64,000 nucleotides of DNA, from the NCBI GenBank assembly GCA_022600935.1, contig JAHZJL010000221.1, forward strand, positions 860 through 64,859, given 5' to 3'. Source of the stretch: Gammaproteobacteria bacterium (GTDB taxonomy: Bacteria; Pseudomonadota; Gammaproteobacteria; Methylococcales; DRLZ01). Position numbers and translations under genes: made by a program. Positions 41,156-51,973 of the stretch are shown here, piece by piece. The notes under the pieces are model-generated. The model saw nothing but the letters and a program-made list of their open reading frames with translations. It had not been told where the DNA came from and made no database searches. Every line of letters starts with the position of its first letter. Position 1 is the first letter of the stretch.

Positions 41156-41533
41156 TTATTGATCTGACGCGCTTAAAACCTCCGCAACCAGGTCAATTTT
41201 TGACTGAAAACGGGGAATTACAGGTATTTTCCAGCCTTTTCCGGCAACCTTGTTCAGTATTGCATGAACCCATTGGCGATCAGATTCAGCTTTGTGCAGT
41301 ATGAAATTGTGACGGCCATCTTCATTTGTCATTTCAAATCCATTCACTGAGACAGTAATTGGTTCAGGGTCGCCGCTTAGATTGAAGGTTACCTGGGCAG
41401 TTCTGGAATTCAGGTCAAATGTGAAATCAGTTAATTTGGCGATATCCTTGAGTATCAGGTTTGTAACGCAGCGCATGACATAATCTGGTGTCATGTTGAT
41501 GGCGAGTTTGATTACACTGGCTTTATAGCTCAT
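41156..41533 (-). CDS. Hypothetical protein (125 aa), last co-oriented ORF after the hopanoid operon
   Basis: An ORF with no recognisable motif, 127 nt downstream of the GT4 gene on the same strand. An AT-rich 7-bp hairpin (ccaattt/aaattgg) follows its stop. Confidence 0.5.
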   Translation of the reverse strand: MSYKASVIKLAINMTPDYVMRCVTNLILKDIAKLTDFTFDLNSRTAQVTFNLSGDPEPITVSVNGFEMTNEDGRHNFILHKAESDRQWVHAILNKVAGKGWKIPVIPRFQSKIDLVAEVLSASDQ

Positions 41534-41660
41534 AGCTTATTAATGGTTTTATTGTCGAAATAGCAGGTTGTGCGGAATAGCGAAGATTCAGAAGGGTTTA
41601 TTTTAATGATGTAGCAGCTGTATTGCCAGTGTAACTCTAAGGTGAGTAGTGATCAGAAGA

Positions 41661-42656
41661 TTATTTTTCAATCAGGTTGTTGATAAACGCTTTAGCTGAT
41701 TGTTGCCAGGAATAGTTAAGCGCATATTGTCTACAATCGTGCGGGTTAAGGGTTAAGCAGGTGAGTGCTGCTGTTTGTAGATTGGTGTTTAGTTGACCGA
41801 CTTTGGAGTCTCTGATGACATCGTTAGGGCCTGGAACCGGGTAGGTGGCAACTGGTACACCGCAGGCCAGCGCTTCCAGTAAAACCAGGCCAAAGGTGTC
41901 GGTTTTGCTCGGGAAAACAAAAACGTCGGCGGCTGCCAGGTAATGTGTCAATTCCAGCCCGGTTTTATAGCCGACAAATCGGGCGTTTGAATATTTTTGT
42001 TTGAGGGTGTCGTATAGCGGACCGTCGCCGATGACATATTTTGTACCTGGTAAATCCAGTTGCAGAAAATCCTCTACATTTTTTTCAACGGCCAGACGAC
42101 CGGCATATATGAAAATGGGTCGTTGATCATTGAGAAAGGATTTGTCACCTGGTCGGAACAAGTCGGTATTGACACCTAATGTCCAGGAGCGAAAGTTTCG
42201 ATAGCCTTTTTTCTGGAATTGGCTTTTGAGTGATTCAGTAGCGACCATAATCCCGGAGCTTTTGCGATGAAACCAGCGCATGTAGGCATGGCTGATGATG
42301 GGTGGGAATCCGACTCGCAGTTTCAGGTATTCCGGGTAATGACTGTGCAGAGAAGTTGTATAACGATACCCTTTGTGATGACAATAACGCCGCGCTGCAA
42401 AACCGACCGGTCCTTCCGTTGCAATATGAATGGCATCAGGATTGAATTGCTCAATCAATGGCCGCAAACGAGGTCCACACAGAAATGCCAGTTTAAAATG
42501 TGGATAACCAGGGCAGGCGATGGTCTTGAATGGTGCAGAATCGAATACCTGGACAGTATGATCCAGTTTAATAAGTTCCTGAACGGTGTTGACCAGAGTA
42601 GTCACAATGCCGTTGATTTGAGGATGCCAGGCATCTGTGATGATCGCTATCCTCAA
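41661..42656 (-). CDS. GT-B fold glycosyltransferase, family 4 (group 1)
   Basis: 331 aa with an N-terminus MRIAIITDAWHPQINGIVTTL and a C-terminal FVFPSKTDTFGLVLLEALACGVPV (E-x7-E region), both typical of GT4 enzymes. Confidence 0.85.
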   Translation of the reverse strand: MRIAIITDAWHPQINGIVTTLVNTVQELIKLDHTVQVFDSAPFKTIACPGYPHFKLAFLCGPRLRPLIEQFNPDAIHIATEGPVGFAARRYCHHKGYRYTTSLHSHYPEYLKLRVGFPPIISHAYMRWFHRKSSGIMVATESLKSQFQKKGYRNFRSWTLGVNTDLFRPGDKSFLNDQRPIFIYAGRLAVEKNVEDFLQLDLPGTKYVIGDGPLYDTLKQKYSNARFVGYKTGLELTHYLAAADVFVFPSKTDTFGLVLLEALACGVPVATYPVPGPNDVIRDSKVGQLNTNLQTAALTCLTLNPHDCRQYALNYSWQQSAKAFINNLIEK

Positions 42657-42762
42657 AATCGTTTTCCCAACAGGATAGAAAGCACTGGATTTTAATCGCG
42701 TGTTTTAAGCAAACATAGTTAGAAAATCGAAACAGCCAGCCTGTTAACGCAGTTAAGTATCG

Positions 42763-44151
42763 CTATGCTTTTTTGGATTTAATTGCATGACCAGCCAGTG
42801 TTTTGCCTAAATCCCAGATAGATCCCGGTACTTTATGGCAATCGGCAATGGTTTTGTCAAAACTGTTGACGATCCAGTCGATATCTTTTTCAGTGAGAAT
42901 CAGTGGTGGCAGCAGTTTAACTACATTCATGCCATGACCGGCAACCTGGGACAGAACACGATGTTCCGAAAATAGTGGAATTGTTACCATTTGGCAGAAC
43001 AAGCCCTTGTTTGCTGCTTCCAGCATACTCCAGGCTGCTTTTAGTTTGAGGCTTCGCGGACTGCCGAATTCTACGGCAATCATCATGCCTTTGCCACGTA
43101 CTTCGTGCAGAAATTCATACTGATCAATCATCGCAGACAGTCGGGAGATCAATTGCTGACCGGATGTCCTGGCTTTCTCAACCAGGTTTTCCTCTTCAAT
43201 AACCATCAGCGTGCTTAAACCGGCTGCCATCGCCATGTTGTTTTTGGAGAATGTGGAGCCGTGGACGACAGCTCTATCCATGCGGTTAAACACTTTGTCC
43301 ATTATCATACTTTTCATGGCGACCGCGCCAACGGCGACAAAGCCACCAGATAAGGCTTTGGCCATCAACAGCATATCCGGCTCGACCTGCCAATGGTTGA
43401 CAGCCCATAATTCTCCGGTTCGACCCAGTCCGGTTTGTACTTCATCGGCGACGAACAGTGTTCCGTATTTCTGGCACAGGCGTTGTACTTCCGGGAAATA
43501 ATCATCATCTGGCAGGTTAACGCCTTTGCCCTGGATGGGTTCAACAATAAATGCTGCAACGTTATTACCAGCCAGTGCTTGCTCCAACGCTTCAGGATCG
43601 TTAAACGGTATCGCGGAGCAATCCGGCAGCAACGGGCCGAATCCTTCACGGAAAACGTTTTCACCATTCAATGACAACGAGCCCATGGTTAAGCCATGGT
43701 AGCCATGTTCGCAGTACACAATATGTTTGCGACCTGTAGTGAAACGGGCAAATTTGATTGCTGCTTCTACGGATTCTGCGCCTGAGTTACAGAAAAACAT
43801 GCGGTCCAGGCCATTCGGGGTGTTCTTGATTAATTTTTCGGCCAGCATTCCGCTTAGCAATGAAACATCCAGTTGTACCAGGTCCGGTAATTCCGAGCTG
43901 AGGACATCCTGCAAGGCAGCAACAATCGCCGGATGGTTTCGTCCTAATGCATAAACACCGAAACCACTTAATAAATCGAGATATTCATTGTTTTCACTGT
44001 CATACAGATATTGTCCCTTGGCTCGAACATAAGTGCGGTCGTAACCAATTGTCTTTAGTACCCGGACCATCTGGTTGTTGAGATACTGTTCATGGAGGTC
44101 AAAATGTTGCCCTTGATGTTGTTCGAGTAATTCAGAAATTCTGCTTGGCAT
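42763..44151 (-). CDS. hpnO: Class-III (ornithine/acetylornithine-type) PLP aminotransferase, HpnO-like by context
   Basis: 462 aa with class-III motifs (FCNSGAESVEAAIKFAR, DEVQTGLGRTG, and a putative PLP-lysine region in AKALSGG). It lies immediately downstream of hpnN in the hopanoid operon. The HpnO assignment is contextual. Confidence 0.7.
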   Translation of the reverse strand: MPSRISELLEQHQGQHFDLHEQYLNNQMVRVLKTIGYDRTYVRAKGQYLYDSENNEYLDLLSGFGVYALGRNHPAIVAALQDVLSSELPDLVQLDVSLLSGMLAEKLIKNTPNGLDRMFFCNSGAESVEAAIKFARFTTGRKHIVYCEHGYHGLTMGSLSLNGENVFREGFGPLLPDCSAIPFNDPEALEQALAGNNVAAFIVEPIQGKGVNLPDDDYFPEVQRLCQKYGTLFVADEVQTGLGRTGELWAVNHWQVEPDMLLMAKALSGGFVAVGAVAMKSMIMDKVFNRMDRAVVHGSTFSKNNMAMAAGLSTLMVIEEENLVEKARTSGQQLISRLSAMIDQYEFLHEVRGKGMMIAVEFGSPRSLKLKAAWSMLEAANKGLFCQMVTIPLFSEHRVLSQVAGHGMNVVKLLPPLILTEKDIDWIVNSFDKTIADCHKVPGSIWDLGKTLAGHAIKSKKA

Positions 44152-44180
44152 TGTTGTCTCTTTGCAAATAAGCCGGTGTA

Positions 44181-46793
44181 TCAGTTAGTTTGTGATGTCA
44201 GGTATGCAGGCAAAATGACCAGTGTGCAAAAAATTGCAGATAAGACGCCGATCGCCAGCAGCCAGCCCATGCTGGACATTCCGGCATGTGGCGTCAGTGT
44301 CAGGCTGAAAAAGCTCAGAACTGTGGTCAGATTACTGTAGATAATTGCCCGCGTTGTGTTGGTTTGTAACGGATTCTGGTTTGCAGCGGTTGATTTGAAC
44401 CGATGAATAATATGAATACTGTTGTCGACTCCGATTCCCAGCAGCAGTGGAAGAGCGATTACATTAACATAATTGAATGGAGTGTTTAACAGCACAGTCG
44501 ATGCGCAGGTGATCAATCCTCCCAGAAGTAATGGCCAGATAACAAGAAATGTGGATTTGATGCTGCGTAAACTGATGAAAAGAATCAGAAAAATCACAGT
44601 AAATGCCAGAATGAAAGCTTGCAGATAAGCATTGACGATAGCATCGGTTGATTCAATGAAAACAACCGGGTAGCCGGTTGCATCGGGGACGACGGTCTGA
44701 ATGCCTCTGGTGAATGCATTTAATTCAGTCTGTGTTGTTAACGATGCACTGGGCAGGACTTCCAGGCGATAGATATTGTCTTTGCTGACCCATCGACGCA
44801 AAATCAGCTCTGGGATTGTATCCAGCTCAACAGCGTCGGCAGCCAGACTTTTTTCCAGCAGTTGCATGGTCAACGGCAAGTAACCCAGTAAATTGACATG
44901 CAAGGAATTCAAGTACGTTTGTTGCTGCCCTCCCTGGTTATAGCGAATAAGAAATTGTGTTAAAGCAGCTTGTAAATTAGTCAGCGTGTCGGTATTCAGT
45001 GAGGACTGGCCGGTCGCAATTAACTGATCGACACTGTGTTTGAAAGAAACAATTGAATCGGCATTCTGTACAAGTACTGGTTCAGCTGTTAATTGTTGTA
45101 TATCAGAGCCTGTCAGTAAGGTTAAATCATCAATCATTTCGAGTTTTTGATCCTGATCACCTGGTACAAAATCAAATATGGATACCACATCTTTGACAAC
45201 ATCCAGTTGTGTGAGCCGGTTTTCAAACGATTGCGCTTGATCAGCGCTTTTTGCCAGTACCGCGCCAGTCATGGGAGAAAAATAGTCTGATAACTGTAAC
45301 CGTTTAAAGGCAATGACAGACTCGGTATCCGGTGATTTAAGATTGATCGGGTCCGGATCAAAATGCGCTTTGGTGATGAGAATCAGCGAAAACACCAGTA
45401 ACAGCAGTGAAAACGCGATCACAGGTTTATGCTGTTTGGTGGGTAAATCGATCAGTAGTGTTGGTAATCTGGGAATGGTGTGGTGGTTGACTGTTTTGAG
45501 CAGCACCAGTAGAGCAGGTAATACAGTGAGGGTGATAAACAAGCCAATAAAAATACCGACACCTGCAATCAGGCCAAGCTCCGAAACCCCCAGGAAATCA
45601 GTAGCCATAAAAACAAAAAATCCGATAGACGTAGTTATTGCGCACAGCAGAAGCGATGCGCCGATAGATCGTGTCGTTTTCTGGATCAGATCGATATCAA
45701 ATGCTGAATCTGGAAACTCCTGATAACGCAGGCAGTAATGAATGGCATAGTCTACGCCAAGTCCGATATAGAGCACGGCAAATGCCAGTGAGATAATGTT
45801 TAAATTCCCGATTGATAATGCAGCAAATCCGGTTGTCCACAGCAATCCGGTAACAAGTACGGCAAATGTGACGAGAACCATTTTAATACTGCGTAAGCCG
45901 AAATACAGGCATACAGTAATTAACGTGAGTGCCAAAATAGCTGATTTGACAGCTCCGCTTAATGCTGTTTCCAGCTCTTCATGATCAAGTGCAATAGGAC
46001 CGGTTATCCACACTCTCGATCCCGGAAACTGTTGCTGGAGACTGGCTTGCTGGTCGCGTAAAAACTGCATGTTTTTGCCAGCCGGATGTAAAGCGTTGAA
46101 GTCCTGAATCGGCTTGACGATGATGACTTGCTCATTTTGATTAATGGTGGAGCTGTTGCCCAGCATCAAATTTTGCCAGGACATTGGTTGAGTCTGTAGA
46201 TCGCTGGCAGATTGCAAAGCCTGAGTAACATTAACCAGTACATCGCTGAGATCAATCGGAACATCATCACCGTCGGCAGAAAAGTCCATTGCTTGTTGCA
46301 AGGCGCCGAATAAGCCGTCAAGTGAATCATTTCGCGCCAGCTTCCCCAGAAAGGGTTGTGCCTTGGCCAGTTTGTCGGTTATATCATGCAATTCCTCAAG
46401 GCTTAGTAGCAGCAAGCCGTTTTGTTGAAAAAACTCACTGTTTCCAGGGCTGAACGGGTATTCAAATAACTCGGTTTTCGCGGCAATCTGGCGGTACAGT
46501 CTTTTGCTGATCACCGTTGATTGTTCAGCTGTTCTACCTTCAATCAGGATCAGGATAATATCCTGATCCTGGGGGAATGATTGATTCAGTTGTCTGAGGT
46601 TGACCTGGTAGGGCAGGTCAGGGGACAGCATAGCCGAGGTGTCAGTATTGACACCAAGATAATTAGTAATCGAAAACAATGCTCCACTGCTTATAAATGC
46701 AGCGATCAACATTGTTTTCCAGGGATGATGAACACACTGATTACTCAGCCCCAGCAGAAAATTCAGTACAATCTGTTTGAGAGTGTTAAACAT
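44181..46793 (-). CDS. hpnN: RND/MMPL-type hopanoid transporter HpnN
   Basis: 870 aa with two 6-TM bundles separated by large periplasmic domains. It is located between hpnG and hpnO. Confidence 0.82.
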   Translation of the reverse strand: MFNTLKQIVLNFLLGLSNQCVHHPWKTMLIAAFISSGALFSITNYLGVNTDTSAMLSPDLPYQVNLRQLNQSFPQDQDIILILIEGRTAEQSTVISKRLYRQIAAKTELFEYPFSPGNSEFFQQNGLLLLSLEELHDITDKLAKAQPFLGKLARNDSLDGLFGALQQAMDFSADGDDVPIDLSDVLVNVTQALQSASDLQTQPMSWQNLMLGNSSTINQNEQVIIVKPIQDFNALHPAGKNMQFLRDQQASLQQQFPGSRVWITGPIALDHEELETALSGAVKSAILALTLITVCLYFGLRSIKMVLVTFAVLVTGLLWTTGFAALSIGNLNIISLAFAVLYIGLGVDYAIHYCLRYQEFPDSAFDIDLIQKTTRSIGASLLLCAITTSIGFFVFMATDFLGVSELGLIAGVGIFIGLFITLTVLPALLVLLKTVNHHTIPRLPTLLIDLPTKQHKPVIAFSLLLLVFSLILITKAHFDPDPINLKSPDTESVIAFKRLQLSDYFSPMTGAVLAKSADQAQSFENRLTQLDVVKDVVSIFDFVPGDQDQKLEMIDDLTLLTGSDIQQLTAEPVLVQNADSIVSFKHSVDQLIATGQSSLNTDTLTNLQAALTQFLIRYNQGGQQQTYLNSLHVNLLGYLPLTMQLLEKSLAADAVELDTIPELILRRWVSKDNIYRLEVLPSASLTTQTELNAFTRGIQTVVPDATGYPVVFIESTDAIVNAYLQAFILAFTVIFLILFISLRSIKSTFLVIWPLLLGGLITCASTVLLNTPFNYVNVIALPLLLGIGVDNSIHIIHRFKSTAANQNPLQTNTTRAIIYSNLTTVLSFFSLTLTPHAGMSSMGWLLAIGVLSAIFCTLVILPAYLTSQTN

Positions 46794-46808
46794 CGGACGA
46801 TGAATGAA

Positions 46809-47537
46809 TTAAATACTGAGCGGGTGTGAAAGCTGCTCCAGAGGCAGTTGATCAAACTGTTTAGCGACTGTTGCAAGTACAGATTTCGCAAGTTTGAATT
46901 GTCGGCCAACCTGGATCAGGCCGGGAATCGTCCAGGGTTTGAGCAATGTGGCGGTAATGATTCTGGAAATTAGAATCTGACCAGTATCATCTGTTTCCGA
47001 CTGGATGATATCGGGCAAGTCAGTTGTGGAGGTATCGGAAATCGCACGAATGACCAGAAAGTCCAGCTGGTGTGCCCGAGCATAGTTGCCAATCGTGTAA
47101 CTTTCCATATCGACTGCGATGGCGCGTGTTGATTCGTATAACGCCTGTTTTTTGTGTTGTTTGGCGATAATTGACGATGTTTCAATCAATTTCCCATCAT
47201 GAACCTTGATCGTATCCGGTAACAGGGAAATCAATTTTTGCCGACTGTTTTCACAAACCCTCAACTCGTTATTGTTGTGGTTGCTGACAAGGGAAGGAAT
47301 AATCAGATCACCGGCACATAACCCGTGGGTAAGTGCACCGGCGCATCCCCAGCTGATGATAGCTGTTGCGCCGGCTTCATGAGCCTTTTGACAGCACTTT
47401 GCTGCAGCATCTGCACCTACACCGGAGACACAAATGAATCGTTGGCCTTCCTCAATCCAATGACCTGGCAAAACCCGCCGCTTGGTCAGCATGCTGACTT
47501 CATCCGGCATGGCGGCAATGATTGCAATACGTGTCAC
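46809..47537 (-). CDS. hpnG: Hopanoid-associated phosphorylase/nucleosidase HpnG (PNP_UDP_1 family)
   Basis: 242 aa with the nucleoside phosphorylase-like N-terminus MTRIAIIAAMPDEV and AVDMES. Its start overlaps the shc stop by 4 nt. Confidence 0.8.
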   Translation of the reverse strand: MTRIAIIAAMPDEVSMLTKRRVLPGHWIEEGQRFICVSGVGADAAAKCCQKAHEAGATAIISWGCAGALTHGLCAGDLIIPSLVSNHNNNELRVCENSRQKLISLLPDTIKVHDGKLIETSSIIAKQHKKQALYESTRAIAVDMESYTIGNYARAHQLDFLVIRAISDTSTTDLPDIIQSETDDTGQILISRIITATLLKPWTIPGLIQVGRQFKLAKSVLATVAKQFDQLPLEQLSHPLSI

Positions 47538-49483
47538 GTGCTCATGCAGTTTTTGTATTCAGCCAGTGCCCACAGTGGAAAAAATTTATTGTATCCATGA
47601 TATTTCAGGTAGAACACTTTAGGGAAGCCTGGGGCTGTATAGCATGGGTCATCCCATAATCCATCTTCTTCCTGTTTGCGCAGCAGAAAATCGATGCCTG
47701 ATTTAACTGCATCTGAATCTGCATACCCGACACTCAGCAGGCCAAGGATTGCCCAGGCAGTATGAAAAGTTGTGCTGCGATGAAACCGGCCACGGTCTGC
47801 CGGGTCGTGGTAACTGTAGTTATCTTCACCCCAGCCGCCATCTTCTTTTTGAGTGTTCAGTAACCACTGAACACCGGCTTGTAACATCGGATCATCCTGG
47901 CTCATGCCCAATGCGCCCAGTGCGTCGAGAACTGACCAGGTGCCGTAAACATAATTTGTCCCCCAGCGTCCGAACCAGCATCCGTCAGTTTCCTGCTCAT
48001 CGCGCAGATATTGTACGCCGCGTTCAATGACCGGTTTGAACTCAGGATGCTGATCGACAAGTTTGGCCAGAAACATAATACATCGGGCGCTGACATCCAC
48101 AGTCGGTGGGTCAAGCAAAGCACCATGATCGGCAAACGGAATGTGATTCAGGGCGTAATGTGTGTTCTCAGCATCAAATGCTCCCCAGCCGCCATTTTTG
48201 GACTGCATTCCGGCAATCCAGCGCGCTGCTCTTAAAATGGGCTCGTCAAGTTTGGGGTCGTTCATTTGTTGCAAGGCGTAACCTACAACTGCGGTGTCAT
48301 CGACATCTGGGTAATGTGGATTTTCATACTGGAATGCCCAGCCACCACCCGGTACATTGGGTCGCATATCCTGCCAGTCCCCTGGTTCGTCACTGAGTTG
48401 CTTGCTGAGCAGCCAGTCGATACCATGGTTGATTGCGGATCGATTGGCTTCCATATCAGACTGTTGCAGAGCAAGAACAGCCAGTCCGGTATCCCAGACT
48501 GGTGAAAGACAAGGCTGGCAATACGCATCGTGGGTTCTGACTACCAGTAGTTTTTCCAGCGCTTTTTTCACGGTTTTGACATGCTCGTGATCTTGGTCGT
48601 ATCCAAGCAGCAACAATGACTGATAGGATCCGGCCATTGCCGGCATAATGCCGCCTATGCCGTCTTCACCATTGAGCCGTTCGATAATCCAGTGTTCTGC
48701 CTTTTTCAGGGCTTTTTGACGGACAATGCCAGGAATAAACCGATCACAGCTTTTTCCGATTCGATCCAGTAACAGAAAAACTCTGTCCAGCATATCGTTT
48801 TTTGCGAAGAAGTTATATTCTTGATCCGCTGGAATCTTGTACAGCTCATCGATATTGACGTTGGTGGGATTTTGGGCTTTTGCTTTTAATGTGCATATCA
48901 CGAACAGTGGAACCATAACAGTTCTGGACCAGTATGAAACCTTGGTCAGATGGAATGGAAACCAGCGCGGTAGGAGCATAATTTCTACCGGAATATAGGG
49001 AACACCGCGCCAGGGCAACAAGCCGAACGTTGCCAGTGCAATTCGTGTGAACACATTGGCTTTGGCAACACCTCCCTGGCTGAGAATGTATTCACGGGCT
49101 TTACGCATATGTGGTTGATCAAGATCATCACCAGCCAGTTTCAGGGCAAAATAGGCTTTGGTGCTGATACTGATATCTCCGGCACTTCCGTAATAAAGCG
49201 GGAAACTGCCGTCGTCGCTCTGTTTGGAGCGGATATATCGAGCTATTTTGACTTGTAATAACTCATCAATTTCTCCGACAAAATGCATGAGCATGATGTA
49301 TTCAGAAGGAATTGTGGTGTCCGCTTCCAGTTCGTAAAGCCAGTGGCCGTCAGTCTCCTGGTGGCTGAGCAGTGTCTGTTGCGCTCGTTTAATTGCGGTA
49401 GCCAGATCGTATTGGGACTGTCCCGTCGCAAACGTATCTGTTTCCTGTAAAGCAGCAGCTTGTATTGCACTTTCATCAAACAT
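47534..49483 (-). CDS. shc: Squalene-hopene cyclase
   Basis: 649 aa with the catalytic DxDD motif (YPDVDDTAV) and multiple QW repeats (QETDGHW, QSKNGGWGAF, EQETDGCWFGRWG, QKEDGGWGE, QEEDGLW). Confidence 0.96.
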   Translation of the reverse strand: MFDESAIQAAALQETDTFATGQSQYDLATAIKRAQQTLLSHQETDGHWLYELEADTTIPSEYIMLMHFVGEIDELLQVKIARYIRSKQSDDGSFPLYYGSAGDISISTKAYFALKLAGDDLDQPHMRKAREYILSQGGVAKANVFTRIALATFGLLPWRGVPYIPVEIMLLPRWFPFHLTKVSYWSRTVMVPLFVICTLKAKAQNPTNVNIDELYKIPADQEYNFFAKNDMLDRVFLLLDRIGKSCDRFIPGIVRQKALKKAEHWIIERLNGEDGIGGIMPAMAGSYQSLLLLGYDQDHEHVKTVKKALEKLLVVRTHDAYCQPCLSPVWDTGLAVLALQQSDMEANRSAINHGIDWLLSKQLSDEPGDWQDMRPNVPGGGWAFQYENPHYPDVDDTAVVGYALQQMNDPKLDEPILRAARWIAGMQSKNGGWGAFDAENTHYALNHIPFADHGALLDPPTVDVSARCIMFLAKLVDQHPEFKPVIERGVQYLRDEQETDGCWFGRWGTNYVYGTWSVLDALGALGMSQDDPMLQAGVQWLLNTQKEDGGWGEDNYSYHDPADRGRFHRSTTFHTAWAILGLLSVGYADSDAVKSGIDFLLRKQEEDGLWDDPCYTAPGFPKVFYLKYHGYNKFFPLWALAEYKNCMST

Positions 49484-49498
49484 GGGAAATTCCTGAAA

Positions 49499-50620
49499 TT
49501 AAGAGTAAACTGGTCGATCGTGTTTGTTAAATGTCCAGATTGGTTGATCCAGACCACGTCCTGTTCTGTAAAACAACCATTTAAGTAAGCGGTCACTCGA
49601 TACAGTCAGGTTTGTTGCAGCAACGGTTGTTTTGACCTGATTGCGTGAAATTTTGACTTGCTGTGAATCGGTAAAGTCGAGCTTTCCGCTGATTTTCTGC
49701 AAGGTCAGCAAGGCCATCCCGATTGCCCAAAGACAAAACCTGCGAATGCCTTTTTCATGAGGCGGGATCAGCAAGGTGTATTGCAGGGCATTGTTTAAAT
49801 GATGGTATGCCTGGCTCACCAGATAGCTCAGAGCGTTCTGAAAGGCCTGGGTGTTTGTTTCCGGGCTTAATTGTGACAAGTCGTATCCGCTTTGGATGAA
49901 AACATCACGAGGCAGCCAGCATACATCGCGTTTTCGGTCATCCCAGATGTCTTTGAGTATGTTAGTCATCTGCAATCCCTGGCCGAAAGATACCGAAAGT
50001 GGATGCATGGTTTCGCGGTGTCGGCCAATCTCCTGCGAATATTCACAAAACAGAGTGGTGAGCATTTCACCAACGCAACCTGCGACATAGTAGCAATATT
50101 GATCAAAATCATGCTCGGTTGGCAGGCCATGTTTAATCTCTGATTCCTGAAACAGCGGCATTCCATAAGCCATGGTCTGCACACATTTCAACAAGGCCTG
50201 GTAGATTGGTTCCGGAAAGCTCATGGTGATTTCAATCACTTGTGAGAGATTGCGAATCAGCTCATGCTCAGCCGGGATGGTGCTGTCCGATAACCTTGGT
50301 AACAGGTCTAGTGCTAATTGCTGTGCTGGCGATGTTCCAGAAACGACATCTATAAACTGGTTGCAGAACTGTACTCTCTGGTCATTACTCAGGGCTGGCT
50401 CGTCTTCTATGGTATCCACAGCGCGGCACAACAGATAAGCGTTTCCTACAGCAAAACGCAGTGTTTCCGGTAGCTGTGGGATGGTCAGCGCGAAGGTGCG
50501 CGAAACACCTGACAGCATCTTAGACTGGAATTGAGCAGAGGCCTGATTGTCCATTGTTGTCGCGATATGTGTCGCTGGTTGGGATTGAATTCCGATTTGT
50601 TGTTTTTTTGTGACAGCCAT
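49499..50620 (-). CDS. sqs: Single-enzyme (eukaryote-like) squalene synthase, farnesyl-diphosphate farnesyltransferase
   Basis: 373 aa with SRTFALTIPQLPETLRFAVGNAYLLCRAVDTIEDE (first Asp-rich motif) and MTNILKDIWDD (second motif). It lies 15 nt upstream of shc. Confidence 0.85.
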   Translation of the reverse strand: MAVTKKQQIGIQSQPATHIATTMDNQASAQFQSKMLSGVSRTFALTIPQLPETLRFAVGNAYLLCRAVDTIEDEPALSNDQRVQFCNQFIDVVSGTSPAQQLALDLLPRLSDSTIPAEHELIRNLSQVIEITMSFPEPIYQALLKCVQTMAYGMPLFQESEIKHGLPTEHDFDQYCYYVAGCVGEMLTTLFCEYSQEIGRHRETMHPLSVSFGQGLQMTNILKDIWDDRKRDVCWLPRDVFIQSGYDLSQLSPETNTQAFQNALSYLVSQAYHHLNNALQYTLLIPPHEKGIRRFCLWAIGMALLTLQKISGKLDFTDSQQVKISRNQVKTTVAATNLTVSSDRLLKWLFYRTGRGLDQPIWTFNKHDRPVYS

Positions 50621-50923
50621 TTGTGCAGGATTTTAGTCTTTTTTGATTCTCAATTTGGCAACAAAATGTTAACATTACACAACTATACCAATTCTGTAAG
50701 CTTGATATTTTTTACAAATTCTATAGAATTTACCTTTGAAGTCAAGCGCTTGTTTTTCTGAATTAGAAAAAGTATTAACAGATGCAAGGAAATTGAGTTG
50801 TTGTTTTTTTGCAAAACTAACACAAAATGATATTCTTCTTCAAATTGATTTTGATTGAATTGAATGGTGTGTGCAGTCAACAGCAGCATATTTCCAACTC
50901 TATATAAACCAGGAGTGGATTGA

Positions 50924-51901
50924 ATGGATGTAACGTTAACGAAACCCAGAGGCTTTTGCGCTGGTGTTGTCAGAGCAATAGAAATAGTTGAATCAGCCCT
51001 GGAGAAATATGGAGCCCCGGTCTACGTGGTTCACGAGATTGTCCATAATCACCGGGTCGTTGAGGATTTGCGTTCGCGCGGAGCGGTATTTGTCGAAACT
51101 CTGGATGAAGTGCCAGCTGACGCTGTAACCATTTTCAGCGCGCATGGCGTACCGGATGACATGTTGACAGATGCAGAAGCCAGAGGCCTGGGAGTGATTG
51201 ATGCGACCTGTCCACTGGTCACACGAGTCCACAAGGAAGTTGTCAAAAACGCGCAATTAGGCCGTGAAATCGTGTTGATTGGTCATGCCGGACACCCTGA
51301 AGTGATCGGAACACTGGGGCATTACGATACCAGTTTTGGTGGCGCCATGTACCTGGTTCAGGATGTTGATGATGTGGCAAAGCTCAAGGACAAGGTTAAA
51401 AACCCTGATCAAATGACATATGTCACTCAGACGACACTGTCGGTCGACGATACCGCCAATATTGTTTCTGCACTCAAAGAGACCTTCCCCAGAATTATCG
51501 AACCACGCAAAGACGATATCTGCTACGCCACCCAAAACCGACAAAGTGCAGTCAGGCAATTGGCAGACTCGGTAGATTTGCTGATTGTGGTGGGCGCACG
51601 TAACAGTTCCAACTCCAACCGATTGCAGGAAGTTGGCGAGCACATGGGTATCAAATCATACCTTGTGCAGGATGCCGAGGAACTACAGAAAAATTGGTTT
51701 GCTGATGTCAAGGAAGTAGGCATTACCGCTGGCGCATCGACACCTGAAGTGCTGGTCCAGGAAGTTCTGGATACAATCAAGCAATTTGGAATCACTGATA
51801 TTCAGGAAATGGACGCACCGGAAGAAAAAGTGACGTTTGCCTTGCCTGGAGAATTGGCGGGTATTAAGAAATCACAGGACCAGGCTCAACACATCAGCTA
51901 A
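50924..51901 (+). CDS. ispH: 4-hydroxy-3-methylbut-2-enyl diphosphate reductase (IspH/LytB)
   Basis: 325 aa with [16 protein letters not shown]. The three conserved Cys contexts are present (GFCAG, ATCPLV, ICYAT). Confidence 0.95.
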   Translation: MDVTLTKPRGFCAGVVRAIEIVESALEKYGAPVYVVHEIVHNHRVVEDLRSRGAVFVETLDEVPADAVTIFSAHGVPDDMLTDAEARGLGVIDATCPLVTRVHKEVVKNAQLGREIVLIGHAGHPEVIGTLGHYDTSFGGAMYLVQDVDDVAKLKDKVKNPDQMTYVTQTTLSVDDTANIVSALKETFPRIIEPRKDDICYATQNRQSAVRQLADSVDLLIVVGARNSSNSNRLQEVGEHMGIKSYLVQDAEELQKNWFADVKEVGITAGASTPEVLVQEVLDTIKQFGITDIQEMDAPEEKVTFALPGELAGIKKSQDQAQHIS

Positions 51902-51973
51902 TTTATCTGTGAGTTACCGTCCCTGGATACAGTGACCTCACTACAATCGAATTAAAAAAAACGGAGAATCGAT

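Noticed and set aside
50659-50680. Sigma-54-like TGGCA..N6..TGTT sequence in the sqs/ispH divergent region
   Set aside because: The -12 element does not match TTGC, the spacing is off by one, and it lies about 250 nt from ispH. A chance match in AT-rich DNA is likely.
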